A stretch of 63,995 nt of DNA, filler included, from a bacterium (GTDB taxonomy: Bacteria; JBBIVP01), in NCBI GenBank assembly GCA_037439705.1. It is 7 parts of 7 records of this genome, joined end to end, with 100 filler letters (N's around TTAATTAATTAA, not from the genome) between each part and the next. Parts side by side here need not be neighbours in the genome. Positions count along the whole stretch, not along the records: positions 10,112 to 20,118 come from JBBIVP010000070.1; 6 more parts are not named here. One strand, given 5' to 3'. Shown here in pieces: positions 11,067 through 19,719 of the stretch. The position numbers were made by a program, and so were the translations under genes. Positions within the stretch are counted from its first letter, which is position 1. Every line of letters starts with the position of its first letter. The notes under the pieces are model-generated. The model was not told where the DNA came from, ran no database searches, and saw nothing but the letters and a program-made list of their open reading frames with translations.

Positions 11067-11537
11067 ATGAAAGTAGAGGAATTAAAGGAAACAAAGGAAA
11101 TATATTTTTACTGGGACCTTAGCGCAATGAAATGGAAAATAGAAGCGGATGGATTAGTGCTTCTCATGGAGGGATTCAAGGAAAAGAAGGTTCTGGGAAG
11201 GCAGTGTCATAAGTGCGGAACTGTTTATGTTCCGGGACCAACATATTGCAGGAAATGTCACATTGATATCTACAGAATAGTGGAGGTTAAAAACGAGGGA
11301 ACCATAGGTGCTTTTACTGTAAACCTTGCTGACATAAGGGGAAATCCACTTGAAGAGATAAGCATAGTTGTATGCGTCAAACTTGATGGGTCAGATTCCT
11401 GGCTCATGGGAAGGCTTGAAGGCTGGAAGGATTGGAAAAAAATAAAATCAGGAATGAGGGTAAAGGTGGAATGGTCTGATAAACCAAAAGGAACCCTTTC
11501 AGACCTCCTCAACTTTAAATTGATAGAAGAAAAATAA
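11067..11537 (+). CDS. Zn-ribbon/OB-fold protein (DUF35/ChsH2 family), thiolase partner
   Basis: GRQCHKCGTVYVPGPTYCRKC; GMRVKVEW; directly downstream of the thiolase. Confidence 0.9.
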   Translation: MKVEELKETKEIYFYWDLSAMKWKIEADGLVLLMEGFKEKKVLGRQCHKCGTVYVPGPTYCRKCHIDIYRIVEVKNEGTIGAFTVNLADIRGNPLEEISIVVCVKLDGSDSWLMGRLEGWKDWKKIKSGMRVKVEWSDKPKGTLSDLLNFKLIEEK

Positions 11538-11589
11538 ACCTGCTTTTTCATAAAAGAGAAAAGGTTGAAGGCAAAAATTCTTTAAAAAG

Positions 11590-11617
11590 TTGAAATATAT
11601 TTTAAATCTGATAAAAT
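11590..11617 (+). promoter_or_regulatory. Putative sigma70 promoter of the hydrolase-matrixin-recJ run
   Basis: TTGAAA-N16-TAAAAT with TGn extension, 10 nt upstream of ATG 11628. Confidence 0.5.
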
Positions 11618-11627
11618 TAAAGCAATT

Positions 11628-12713
11628 ATGGAAAAAGAAAAAAAGATGGGTTTTCTTGCTCAGATACCAAAAATAATAAAATTTCCTGAATTAAAAAAGA
11701 AAGAGAAGAAGAAGAAGGAAGAAAAAACTCCGCTCGGTGGAAAGTTAACACGGATAAGGTCTTTTGATGGAGCAAAAATCTATTATGCCTATTACATTCC
11801 AAAAAACAAATCTCAAATAAAAGAAAAAAGAACTATTGTTTTTGGAAGCGGCTGGCTTGCATTTCCAATGATATGGAGGCGGCAGATAGAAGCATTCAAA
11901 AACGACTATTATATAATAACAATAAGAAACAGGGGATGTTTTGGTTCAGAGCTTGGAAAAAGCACAGCAAAAACGTACATTGAGGATTCAGCCGAAGATT
12001 TAAAACTCATACTTGATGAAAGAAAGATCAAAAAGGCTGTAATAGTTGGGCACTCAATGTGGGGACTCATTGCCCTTCAGTTTTACAAAAAATACCCACA
12101 GAGGGTTGCAGGACTCGTTCTTGTGAGTGCACCTGATGCCAATCCCCTTGATTACCTCTTTTTCAAAAAATTGAGCAAGTATCAGTTTCTTCTGACATGG
12201 ATATTGAAAATAATTGAAAAAATACCAATTATTGACCTCTTTAAAAATATAATCGTTTCAAGAAGCACGTATTTCAACTACTTCATCCAAGTAGCACTGA
12301 CAGGAACACTCATAAATCAGGGATATTTAGACGAAAATGAATTAAATGAGATAATTTTGAAGATAAAAGAAGCGCCATCAAAAGTTGGAGCAATGTCTTT
12401 GAGAGCAATGCTTGATATAGACCTATCAGAAATTCTTCCTCATATAAGCGTTCCAACCCTCGTTGTTGCTGGAAAGGCAGACCCAATAGTTCTCTGGACA
12501 TCCTCAAAGAGAATTGTGGAGGACATAAATTTTGACAGAGAAGAAAAATACGCGGAACTCTTTATTATGACAAAGTGCGGACATATAGCGATAATGGAGC
12601 ATCCTTCAAAATTCAATCAAAAGTTTCAGGAGTTTCTTGAAAAAAGGGTAATTCCATACTGGGACAAAAGGAAAGAAAAAGAGAAAAAGGCGCTGGAAGA
12701 AGGAATAAAATAA
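11628..12713 (+). CDS. Alpha/beta hydrolase
   Basis: VIVGHSMWG nucleophile elbow (usually GHSMGG); PTLVVAGKAD; CGH...EHP. Confidence 0.9.
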   Translation: MEKEKKMGFLAQIPKIIKFPELKKKEKKKKEEKTPLGGKLTRIRSFDGAKIYYAYYIPKNKSQIKEKRTIVFGSGWLAFPMIWRRQIEAFKNDYYIITIRNRGCFGSELGKSTAKTYIEDSAEDLKLILDERKIKKAVIVGHSMWGLIALQFYKKYPQRVAGLVLVSAPDANPLDYLFFKKLSKYQFLLTWILKIIEKIPIIDLFKNIIVSRSTYFNYFIQVALTGTLINQGYLDENELNEIILKIKEAPSKVGAMSLRAMLDIDLSEILPHISVPTLVVAGKADPIVLWTSSKRIVEDINFDREEKYAELFIMTKCGHIAIMEHPSKFNQKFQEFLEKRVIPYWDKRKEKEKKALEEGIK

Positions 12714-12719
12714 AAAAAA

Positions 12720-13214
12720 ATGGGGTTTATCTTATTTTTATTTTTCTCAACAATTATAAAGGATTTCTCCCTAAATGAACTGGCAAAGACCTCTGACCTC
12801 ATAGTTCAGGGTGAGGTTCTGGAAATTTCCTCCAGAATGGAATCAAAACACATATACACCTATGTAAAAGTGAAAATTTCAAATTCCTTCAAGGGAGATT
12901 TTCCAGATGCAGTGACATTGAAAATAAAAGGTGGAAAAATTGGAAATATTGTGGAGAAAGTATCAGGAAATCCATCCTTTGAAAAGGGCGAAAGGGTTAT
13001 ACTTTTTCTAAAGAAAAGGGGAGAATTTTTTTATCCCTCCGGTATGGCTCTCGGTAAATTTAAAATAATAAATGAAAACGGGATTGATTTTGTCATAAAT
13101 AATGCAGAAGGCTTATCAGTTTACAAAGATGGGAGAATAGTTAAGCCTGAGGAGAGGAGATGGGGGTATGAGGAATTTGTTCTCATGATAAGGAGGCTTC
13201 TTGAGGAAAGATAA
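12720..13214 (+). CDS. Exported hypothetical protein (TIMP-like/OB-fold or protease prodomain-like)
   Basis: Hydrophobic N-terminus; SLNELAKTSDLIVQGEV...VKVKISNSFKG...FEKGERVILFL...GMALGKF pattern. Confidence 0.6.
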   Translation: MGFILFLFFSTIIKDFSLNELAKTSDLIVQGEVLEISSRMESKHIYTYVKVKISNSFKGDFPDAVTLKIKGGKIGNIVEKVSGNPSFEKGERVILFLKKRGEFFYPSGMALGKFKIINENGIDFVINNAEGLSVYKDGRIVKPEERRWGYEEFVLMIRRLLEER

Positions 13215-14238
13215 AATTTTTTTTCTTTTTATTTATTTGATATCTTCGGGTTTTAATGTTTATAAAACAGGAGATGGGATAGCAGTAAAGTGGCCGAGGG
13301 AATCAATTCCTGTTGGGTTTTACATAAATGAAAAAGGTTCAGATGACATAGCGGATATGAACTCCATTATTAATGAAGTAAATCAATCTTTTAAGGCATG
13401 GGAAGTATATGGAAGCTTCATAAAGAGCAATTATCTCGGAACCACCCCTCTAATCCCTGAAAAAGAAACTGGAACGAATAAGGAGATTAAAAATGTTGTT
13501 GGATGGGTTGAGGAGAACTGGGAGGATGATGCGGGTGCTATCGCCATAACAACAGTTATCTATTATGAGGATACAGGAGAGATCATTGAGGCTGATATGG
13601 CTTTGAACGGAGTTAATTTTAAATGGACGCTCAATCCTCCCTCTCCATGCCCTTCTAACAATTTAGTTGACCTGAGAAATGTCATAACCCATGAGGCAGG
13701 TCATTTCTTCGGACTGGACCATTCAAACATTGAAGGAGCCACAATGTATCCCTCATCTCCTCCATGCGATACTGAAAAAAGAGACCTCGCTCCTGATGAT
13801 ATAAACGGCATAATATATCTTTATCCTAAAGATGGAATTCCTGTTATTGAAAGTATTTATCCTGAAAAGGGCTCAAATTCTGAAAGCAATTTTGAACTAA
13901 ACATCTACGGAAAAGGTTTCTCAAATTCCGTATTCGTTCACCTCATAAATCGTTCATCAACTATAAAAGCATATTCCACACAGACTATAAGTGCAGAGCA
14001 GATAAAAGCATATTTTAACCTCATGGGAAAAGAAGAAGGATTATATTCAGTCGTTCTTATAAACAATCCAGGAGAAACCCCGTATACAGCCATCCTTGAG
14101 AACTCATTTGAAATTGTAAGCGGACCTTCGGATTATGTAAGTGAAGAGGGATGCGGATGCTCATCATCCAGCACGCTCAATCCTTTTATATTCCTTTTTC
14201 CCCTTTATTTTATTTTCAAACATGTTTCCCGTAATTAA
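13201..14238 (+). CDS. Matrixin (M10) family metalloprotease with IPT/TIG-like domain and MYXO-CTERM-like tail
   Basis: HEAGHFFGLDH zinc motif; ATMYP Met-turn; DDINGIIYLYP; C-terminal GCGCSSS + hydrophobic stretch + basic end. Confidence 0.88.
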   Translation: MRKDKIFFLFIYLISSGFNVYKTGDGIAVKWPRESIPVGFYINEKGSDDIADMNSIINEVNQSFKAWEVYGSFIKSNYLGTTPLIPEKETGTNKEIKNVVGWVEENWEDDAGAIAITTVIYYEDTGEIIEADMALNGVNFKWTLNPPSPCPSNNLVDLRNVITHEAGHFFGLDHSNIEGATMYPSSPPCDTEKRDLAPDDINGIIYLYPKDGIPVIESIYPEKGSNSESNFELNIYGKGFSNSVFVHLINRSSTIKAYSTQTISAEQIKAYFNLMGKEEGLYSVVLINNPGETPYTAILENSFEIVSGPSDYVSEEGCGCSSSSTLNPFIFLFPLYFIFKHVSRN

Positions 14239-15901
14239 AAGGAACTGGAAAAAAAGGGAAGGAAATGGACATGAAAATATAGAAAGGGAACTGCAAGTTT
14301 CTTCATCTGTCGCTAAGGTCTTGAGAAACAGAGGAATAAAGGAGCCTGAAGAGGTTTCAAATTTTATAAATCCGTCCTTGAAGGAATTAACCGAGCCATA
14401 CCTAATAAAAGATATGAAAAAGGCTGCGGAAAGGATTTATACAGCGATAAAGAAAAAGGAAAAAATCTGCATATACGGAGACTACGATGCGGATGGACTA
14501 TGCGCCTCAGCAATTCTTTACGACTTTTTGTCCCTCCACGGAGCAAATCTTACAGTATTTGTTCCACATCGGATAAAGCACGGATACGGTTTTCACGAAG
14601 AGATAGTTTTAAAACTGAAGACAAAAGGAGTAAGGGTAATAGTCACAGCGGATTGTGGAATAAACTCATTTTCTGCCTGTGAAAGGGCAAAAAATTTTGG
14701 AATAGATGTGATAATCACAGACCATCACCTTCCATCAGGAAAAATTCCTCCAGCCTTTGCAATTCTTGACCCATCAATTAAAGGAAGTGGCTTCAAGGAC
14801 GAATTTCTCTGTGGAGCAGGAGTTGCCTTTTATCTGTGCATAGGATTGAGAAAATACATAAGGGAAATAGGTGAATACAATGAAATAAAAGAACCAAATC
14901 TTGCTACATTTCTTGATCTGGTCGCAACCGCTACTGTTGTGGATGTGGCTCCATTGAGAAACGAAAATCGCATAATGACAAAGATAGGGCTTGATGTTTT
15001 GAGAAAGACAAAGCGGGAAGGGTTGAGGGCATTGATTAAGGAAAGCGGGCTGTCTTTTGAAAACCTTTCCACATTTCATTTAAGTTTTGTTATAGGTCCA
15101 AGAATAAACGCTGCTGGAAGGGTATCTGACCCAATCTCAGCGCTTCACCTTCTTCTGACAAGGGATACCCTCTCTGCTTCAAGAATTGCAAAAGAACTGA
15201 ACAATAAAAATCAGGAGAGACAGGCAATTGAGAAAGAAATACTTGAGGAAGCCACGAAAATGGTTGAGGAACTTCCGGAGGAAGATAAAGCAATTGTGCT
15301 GTTTTCCGATAACTGGCATCCCGGCGTAATAGGAATTGTAGCATCAAAAATAGCAGAAAAATTTTATCGCCCTGTTCTTCTTGGAACAAAGGATGGAGAT
15401 ATTCTCAGGTTTTCTGCAAGAAGCATAGAAGGGATTCACATAACAAACATCTTAAGAAATTTTGAAAAAAATTTTATTTCCCTCGGCGGTCATGCATCCG
15501 CTACTGGTTTTGTTCTTAAAAAAGAAAATTTAGATGAATTTAAAAGTTCTTTTTTGAAATATGTAAACGAAAAGGTAAAACTGGGAATCCCGTTCATTGA
15601 GTATGATGAGGAAGCCAGTCCCTCTTCCCTTTCAGAAAAAGATGTTGAAATTTTATCCTATCTTGAGCCATTTGGAGAGGGAAATCCTGAGCCCGTATTT
15701 CTTGTAAGAAAGGTGAAATTAATAAATCCGAGGAAGGCAAAAAAGGGATTTGCGTACACCCTCATTGATAACGGAAAAGGATATACTGCTTTTTCAGACG
15801 AATCCTTTCCCTGTGGAGACCTTGAGGTGCTTTATACTCCGTTTCTCAACAGGGAAGGGAAATTATCTCTGAGAATCATTGATGTAAGGGAAAGGGGATA
15901 A
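14222..15901 (+). CDS. recJ: Single-stranded-DNA-specific exonuclease RecJ
   Basis: IYGDYDADG; HGYG; TADCGI; ITDHH; PRINAAGR; GGH; LEPFGEGNPEP. ATG 14222 is the likely start. Confidence 0.96.
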   Translation: MFPVIKRNWKKREGNGHENIERELQVSSSVAKVLRNRGIKEPEEVSNFINPSLKELTEPYLIKDMKKAAERIYTAIKKKEKICIYGDYDADGLCASAILYDFLSLHGANLTVFVPHRIKHGYGFHEEIVLKLKTKGVRVIVTADCGINSFSACERAKNFGIDVIITDHHLPSGKIPPAFAILDPSIKGSGFKDEFLCGAGVAFYLCIGLRKYIREIGEYNEIKEPNLATFLDLVATATVVDVAPLRNENRIMTKIGLDVLRKTKREGLRALIKESGLSFENLSTFHLSFVIGPRINAAGRVSDPISALHLLLTRDTLSASRIAKELNNKNQERQAIEKEILEEATKMVEELPEEDKAIVLFSDNWHPGVIGIVASKIAEKFYRPVLLGTKDGDILRFSARSIEGIHITNILRNFEKNFISLGGHASATGFVLKKENLDEFKSSFLKYVNEKVKLGIPFIEYDEEASPSSLSEKDVEILSYLEPFGEGNPEPVFLVRKVKLINPRKAKKGFAYTLIDNGKGYTAFSDESFPCGDLEVLYTPFLNREGKLSLRIIDVRERG

Positions 15902-15924
15902 GAAACAGAAAATTCAAATTTTTC

Positions 15925-15952
15925 TTGACTTTTAAAATTTTGGTGTTATTTT
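15925..15952 (+). promoter_or_regulatory. Putative sigma70 promoter of the Ni/Co uptake operon
   Basis: TTGACT (15925-15930), N16, TGn-TATTTT; RBS AGGAGGT at 15970. Confidence 0.55.
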
Positions 15953-15969
15953 TTTAAAAAAAATAACAC
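15943..15969. promoter_or_regulatory. Perfect inverted repeat GTGTTA-N15-TAACAC, NikR-type operator
   Basis: GTGTTA TTTTTTTAAAAAAAA TAACAC overlaps the -10 and +1 region upstream of a nikM/cbiM operon; matches the widely spaced deltaproteobacterial NikR box. Confidence 0.75.
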
Positions 15970-15981
15970 AGGAGGTGGAAG

Positions 15982-16794
15982 ATGAAAAAAGAAGATGGAC
16001 GAAGGGAAAATGGAAAATGGATCGGAGGGATGCTCATGGGTTTAGGGTTTATTCTCTTTCCGGCAACTGCCTTCTCACATCATGCCCTTGAATACATGGA
16101 TGTGGAATCATACTCCATAGCGGGAAAGAAAGAATCGGTCTTCTATCTGAGATATGATTACTTTGTTGACGACAAATCAGATGCAAGTCTTGACCACTGG
16201 GAGTTAACGCCCGGAATTTCATACGGAATTCTGAAAAGAGTGATGTTTGACGCCCACATCCATCTTTCCAAATTCGGAAGAGGGCATTTTTTAGAGGGAA
16301 TATCAGAAGAAGAAACTTCTCCATTCTTTGAAGCCATTGCTCCATCTTTAATCATCCAGCTTACAAAATACAAACAGCTTCCCGTGGATATTGCCCTTTC
16401 CCTCTGCTACGAATATCCGTTTCATCGCTCAAGAAAACTCATAGGTGGAACCCATACTTTTGAAGGAAAACTCATTCTGAGCAGAGACTTTGGCGTCCAC
16501 AGCAACATAACCCTCAATGCAGGTGGCTCAATAGATGAAAATGGAGATTATGAAGTTTTATGGATGCTTGGAGCAAAAATCCCTCTCACATCTCAGGCGC
16601 ATGGAATTGCTGGTGGAATAGAGATTGAAGGAACCCATACAGAAGAGGAAGGTGCGATTATCTTTCTTCCGGGGATATACTTTCCAATCTCCCAGAGCAT
16701 AAGGATGAAAGCTGGTTTCGGAGCAGGCTTCACATTAAATGAGAAAACAGTATGGACGGAGAAGGCTGCGGTTCAGTTGATGTATGTTTTCTGA
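15982..16794 (+). CDS. Putative outer-membrane beta-barrel channel, first gene of the Ni/Co operon
   Basis: Signal peptide ending ATAFS followed by HHALEY; amphipathic strands; C-terminal VQLMYVF (terminal Phe, BAM signal). Confidence 0.7.
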   Translation: MKKEDGRRENGKWIGGMLMGLGFILFPATAFSHHALEYMDVESYSIAGKKESVFYLRYDYFVDDKSDASLDHWELTPGISYGILKRVMFDAHIHLSKFGRGHFLEGISEEETSPFFEAIAPSLIIQLTKYKQLPVDIALSLCYEYPFHRSRKLIGGTHTFEGKLILSRDFGVHSNITLNAGGSIDENGDYEVLWMLGAKIPLTSQAHGIAGGIEIEGTHTEEEGAIIFLPGIYFPISQSIRMKAGFGAGFTLNEKTVWTEKAAVQLMYVF

Positions 16795-16803
16795 GGTGAA
16801 AAT

Positions 16804-17406
16804 ATGAAGTTAAAAATGAAAACATTTATCTTTTTCTTCATCTTCTTTATTCCATCCATTTCAACTGCCCACGATTTCTGGATTTTTCGTTCAGGAAATG
16901 AGGTCAGAATCTACGGAGGTCACGACTTTCCACAAACAGAGATGGCACCCGGAAAGAACATAGCAGTTCATTCCTATCTTTATGGAAAAGGGGGAATAAA
17001 GGAACTAATTCTTGAAAGAGGCGAGAATTTCCTGTTTTCAAAAGGGATTGAAGAGAGCGGTTTGCTTGCCTTTTCTTTTGAGAGGGGAGAAAAGGTGGTA
17101 TATTGCGGATTTTACATTCCTGAAGAAGAAAACATAATAAAAGAAGAACTCGTGAAAAAAGTTTGTGGAGATTCATTTTCCATTTCCAAAAAAATTCAAA
17201 CAGTCAAAAACGAAAAGGAAGTGGGTATAGAATTTTCACCAGATTTGGGGCTCTCATGGACGCTTTATACAGAAAAAGGAGATAAAAAAACACTCTTTCC
17301 TGACGCCAGCGTAAGAATATCTTTTAAGGTGAAAGATAAAGGGCTTTTCCTTCTTCTGAGCGAACTGAATGGAAAGCCATTATCAATAGTGGTGGGGGTA
17401 AAATGA
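16804..17406 (+). CDS. DUF4198/NikK-like periplasmic protein
   Basis: Signal peptide then AHDFWI...GGHDFP, typical DUF4198 N-terminus; located in a nik/cbi operon. Confidence 0.6.
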   Translation: MKLKMKTFIFFFIFFIPSISTAHDFWIFRSGNEVRIYGGHDFPQTEMAPGKNIAVHSYLYGKGGIKELILERGENFLFSKGIEESGLLAFSFERGEKVVYCGFYIPEEENIIKEELVKKVCGDSFSISKKIQTVKNEKEVGIEFSPDLGLSWTLYTEKGDKKTLFPDASVRISFKVKDKGLFLLLSELNGKPLSIVVGVK

Positions 17407-17828
17407 TGCTTTTTCTCATTTCCTTCATGATTATCATGCACGGAGTTGAGACAGAGATAAGAGAGGTGAAGGGTGTAGAGATTATCGTTCAATATGCGGA
17501 TGGCACGCCAATGGCTTCTGCGGATGCAAAAATTGTAAGTCCCTCAGGGAAAGAAAAGAACTTACAAACGGATAATGAAGGAAGGGTTGTTTTTTATCCT
17601 GATGAAAACGGAAAGTGGAGAATTGAAATAGATGATGGTCTCGGGCACGGGGTGGTTAAAGAAATTGAATTCAGTGGAGTCTTAAAAACGGAAGAGAAAG
17701 GAAGGCTCACGCAATGGCAAAAAATTGTTACGGGTATCAGCATAATCCTTGGAATAAGCGGAATAATCTCCTATGCCCTCCTGATAAAGGAGAAAAGAAG
17801 ACATGCACATACCCGAAGGTTTTCTTGA
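17403..17828 (+). CDS. NikL/CbiL-like accessory membrane component
   Basis: HGV...QYADGTPM...QTDNEGRVVFYPDENGKWRI..DDGLGHG plus C-terminal TM helix. Confidence 0.75.
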   Translation: MMLFLISFMIIMHGVETEIREVKGVEIIVQYADGTPMASADAKIVSPSGKEKNLQTDNEGRVVFYPDENGKWRIEIDDGLGHGVVKEIEFSGVLKTEEKGRLTQWQKIVTGISIILGISGIISYALLIKEKRRHAHTRRFS

Positions 17829-18402
17829 CCTGAAAACACTTGCCATAACTGATGGAATTGCAGGGGCACTAATTCTTTTATCTGCAAAAAAGGTGGAAAG
17901 GGAAATGTCTTCAGATTCCATAGCAAGGATGGGGATTGCTACTGCTTTTGTTTTTGCAGTCAACATGTTTGCTTTTCCCGTCGCAGGAGGGACATCAGCT
18001 CATCTCACAGGTGTTGTTCTCATCTCGGCAATTCTTGGAGGATGGCAGGGTTTTATATGTGCATCGTCCGCACTCTTCCTTCAGGCAATCCTCTTTCAGC
18101 ACGGCGGAATTTTGAGCCTTGGTGCAAACATATTGAACATAAGCGGATGGGGAGCACTGTTTGGTTCTATCACAAGAAAATCGGGAAGGTTTTATTCTGT
18201 TTCAGGAGGTATCCTTTCGTTCCTTGCAGTAATGTGCGGAAGCATCACCTGTGCGTTTGAGTTATATCTTTCAGGCAGGGGGTCCTTTTTAAGGGGAGCA
18301 ACCGCAATGGCTGTCGGGAATCTCTTTCCCGCTTTCATTGATGGAGTAATTACATTTTTTGTGTTAAAATTATTCAAAAAAATTGAAGCACAGTCCAGTT
18401 GA
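17803..18402 (+). CDS. cbiM: Ni/Co ECF transporter S component (NikM/CbiM)
   Basis: MHIPEGFL N-terminus; GGTSAHL; QAILFQHGGILSLGAN. Confidence 0.93.
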   Translation: MHIPEGFLDLKTLAITDGIAGALILLSAKKVEREMSSDSIARMGIATAFVFAVNMFAFPVAGGTSAHLTGVVLISAILGGWQGFICASSALFLQAILFQHGGILSLGANILNISGWGALFGSITRKSGRFYSVSGGILSFLAVMCGSITCAFELYLSGRGSFLRGATAMAVGNLFPAFIDGVITFFVLKLFKKIEAQSS

Positions 18403-18982
18403 CAGGTTTGCTTATAAAAAAAGCCTGATTCACCTCCTTCCCCTTGAAGTAAAAGGACCCCTCTTCTTTATTCCAATACTCATCAATTCTTTGCCCTTAA
18501 ATTCTTATTTCCTGCCCTCCTTTTTCATAATTGTTGCTCTTATTCTTTTTAAAATTTCTGATATTCCTTTAAAATTTGTATTAAAGAGAGTTCTGATGGC
18601 TTTTCCATTTCTAATTCTTGTCATTTTTATGAATCCACCTGATAAAGCAATATTTTTTTTAAAAATTTTATCTTCAATTCTATTCTTTCTCCTTTTCCTT
18701 ACAACAACACCTTTTCTGTCCATCATGAAAGGAATGGAAAAACTGGGTGTACCTGAGGTATTCAGATTGCTCACAGCCTTTGGATACAGATACTTTTTTC
18801 TTCTGACCGATGAGACAGAAAGAAGTATAAGGGCATGGAGGATGAGAGGAGGGGAATTGAAAAAAATCCGCTTTGGAAGCATTTCAGGAATCCTTTTTTC
18901 TATTTTCGCAAGGAGTATGAAGAGGGCTGAAAGGATTGGAACGGTTATGAAGATGAAGGGATTGTATGAAGAAAATAATTGA
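18383..18982 (+). CDS. cbiQ: ECF transporter T component (NikQ/CbiQ)
   Basis: SLIHLL; LTTTPF..I..GMEKLGVP; YRYFF; RSMKRAERI. Confidence 0.9.
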   Translation: MKHSPVDRFAYKKSLIHLLPLEVKGPLFFIPILINSLPLNSYFLPSFFIIVALILFKISDIPLKFVLKRVLMAFPFLILVIFMNPPDKAIFFLKILSSILFFLLFLTTTPFLSIMKGMEKLGVPEVFRLLTAFGYRYFFLLTDETERSIRAWRMRGGELKKIRFGSISGILFSIFARSMKRAERIGTVMKMKGLYEENN

Positions 18983-19670
18983 GGTAGAAGGACTTACCTT
19001 TTTTTATCCAGAAACAGAAAATGGTATAGAGAACATAACCTTTAATGTGGAGGAAGAAGAAGTCATAGGGATAATAGGTCCAAATGGTTCCGGAAAAACA
19101 ACCCTTCTTTTTTCAATATGTGGGCTTTTGAAGGCAAAAGGAAAGGTAATTATTGATGGAACCCTCCTTTCATCAAGAAGTTTTAATGGAATAAGGGAAA
19201 AAATAGGCTTTGTCTTTCAGGACCCCGATGACCAGCTTTTCATGCCAGTGGTCTTTCAGGATGTTGGATTTTCTCTCTTTCAAAAGGGCTATGATGAGAA
19301 ATTCGTCCTTGAAAGGCTGAAGGAGGTTTTGAAAAAAGTCGGGCTTGAAGGATGTGAGGAAAGGGAAAGCCATAAACTGAGTTACGGCGAAAAGAAGAAG
19401 GTCTGTATAGCAAGCGCTATTATCCATGACCCAAAAATTCTTATCCTTGATGAACCAACAGCATGGCTTGACCCTAAAGGGAAAAGAGAACTTTTAGAGA
19501 TAATAAAATCTTTGAAGAAAACAACATTGATTGCGGGACACGACCTTGAGTTCCTTGAAAAACTAACAACAAAAATTATGGTCCTTGAAAACGGAAGAAA
19601 AATTGCCTTTTCCACAAAGGAAGAAATTTTAAAAAACCCTTCCCTCCTTCAGAGGATAGGGTTTGAATAA
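18966..19670 (+). CDS. cbiO: ECF transporter ATPase (NikO/CbiO)
   Basis: GPNGSGKTT; FQDPDDQLF; LSYGEKK; ILDEPT. Confidence 0.93.
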   Translation: MKKIIEVEGLTFFYPETENGIENITFNVEEEEVIGIIGPNGSGKTTLLFSICGLLKAKGKVIIDGTLLSSRSFNGIREKIGFVFQDPDDQLFMPVVFQDVGFSLFQKGYDEKFVLERLKEVLKKVGLEGCEERESHKLSYGEKKKVCIASAIIHDPKILILDEPTAWLDPKGKRELLEIIKSLKKTTLIAGHDLEFLEKLTTKIMVLENGRKIAFSTKEEILKNPSLLQRIGFE

Positions 19671-19719
19671 ACCGGGTCAAAAAATTTAAACACTCATTCC
19701 GTATAGAAAGATATGAAAG

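Noticed and set aside
15902-15981. Cobalamin riboswitch upstream of the cbiM-like operon
   Set aside because: The intergenic region is only 80 nt, very AT-rich and lacks a B12 box; the dyad is better explained as a protein operator.
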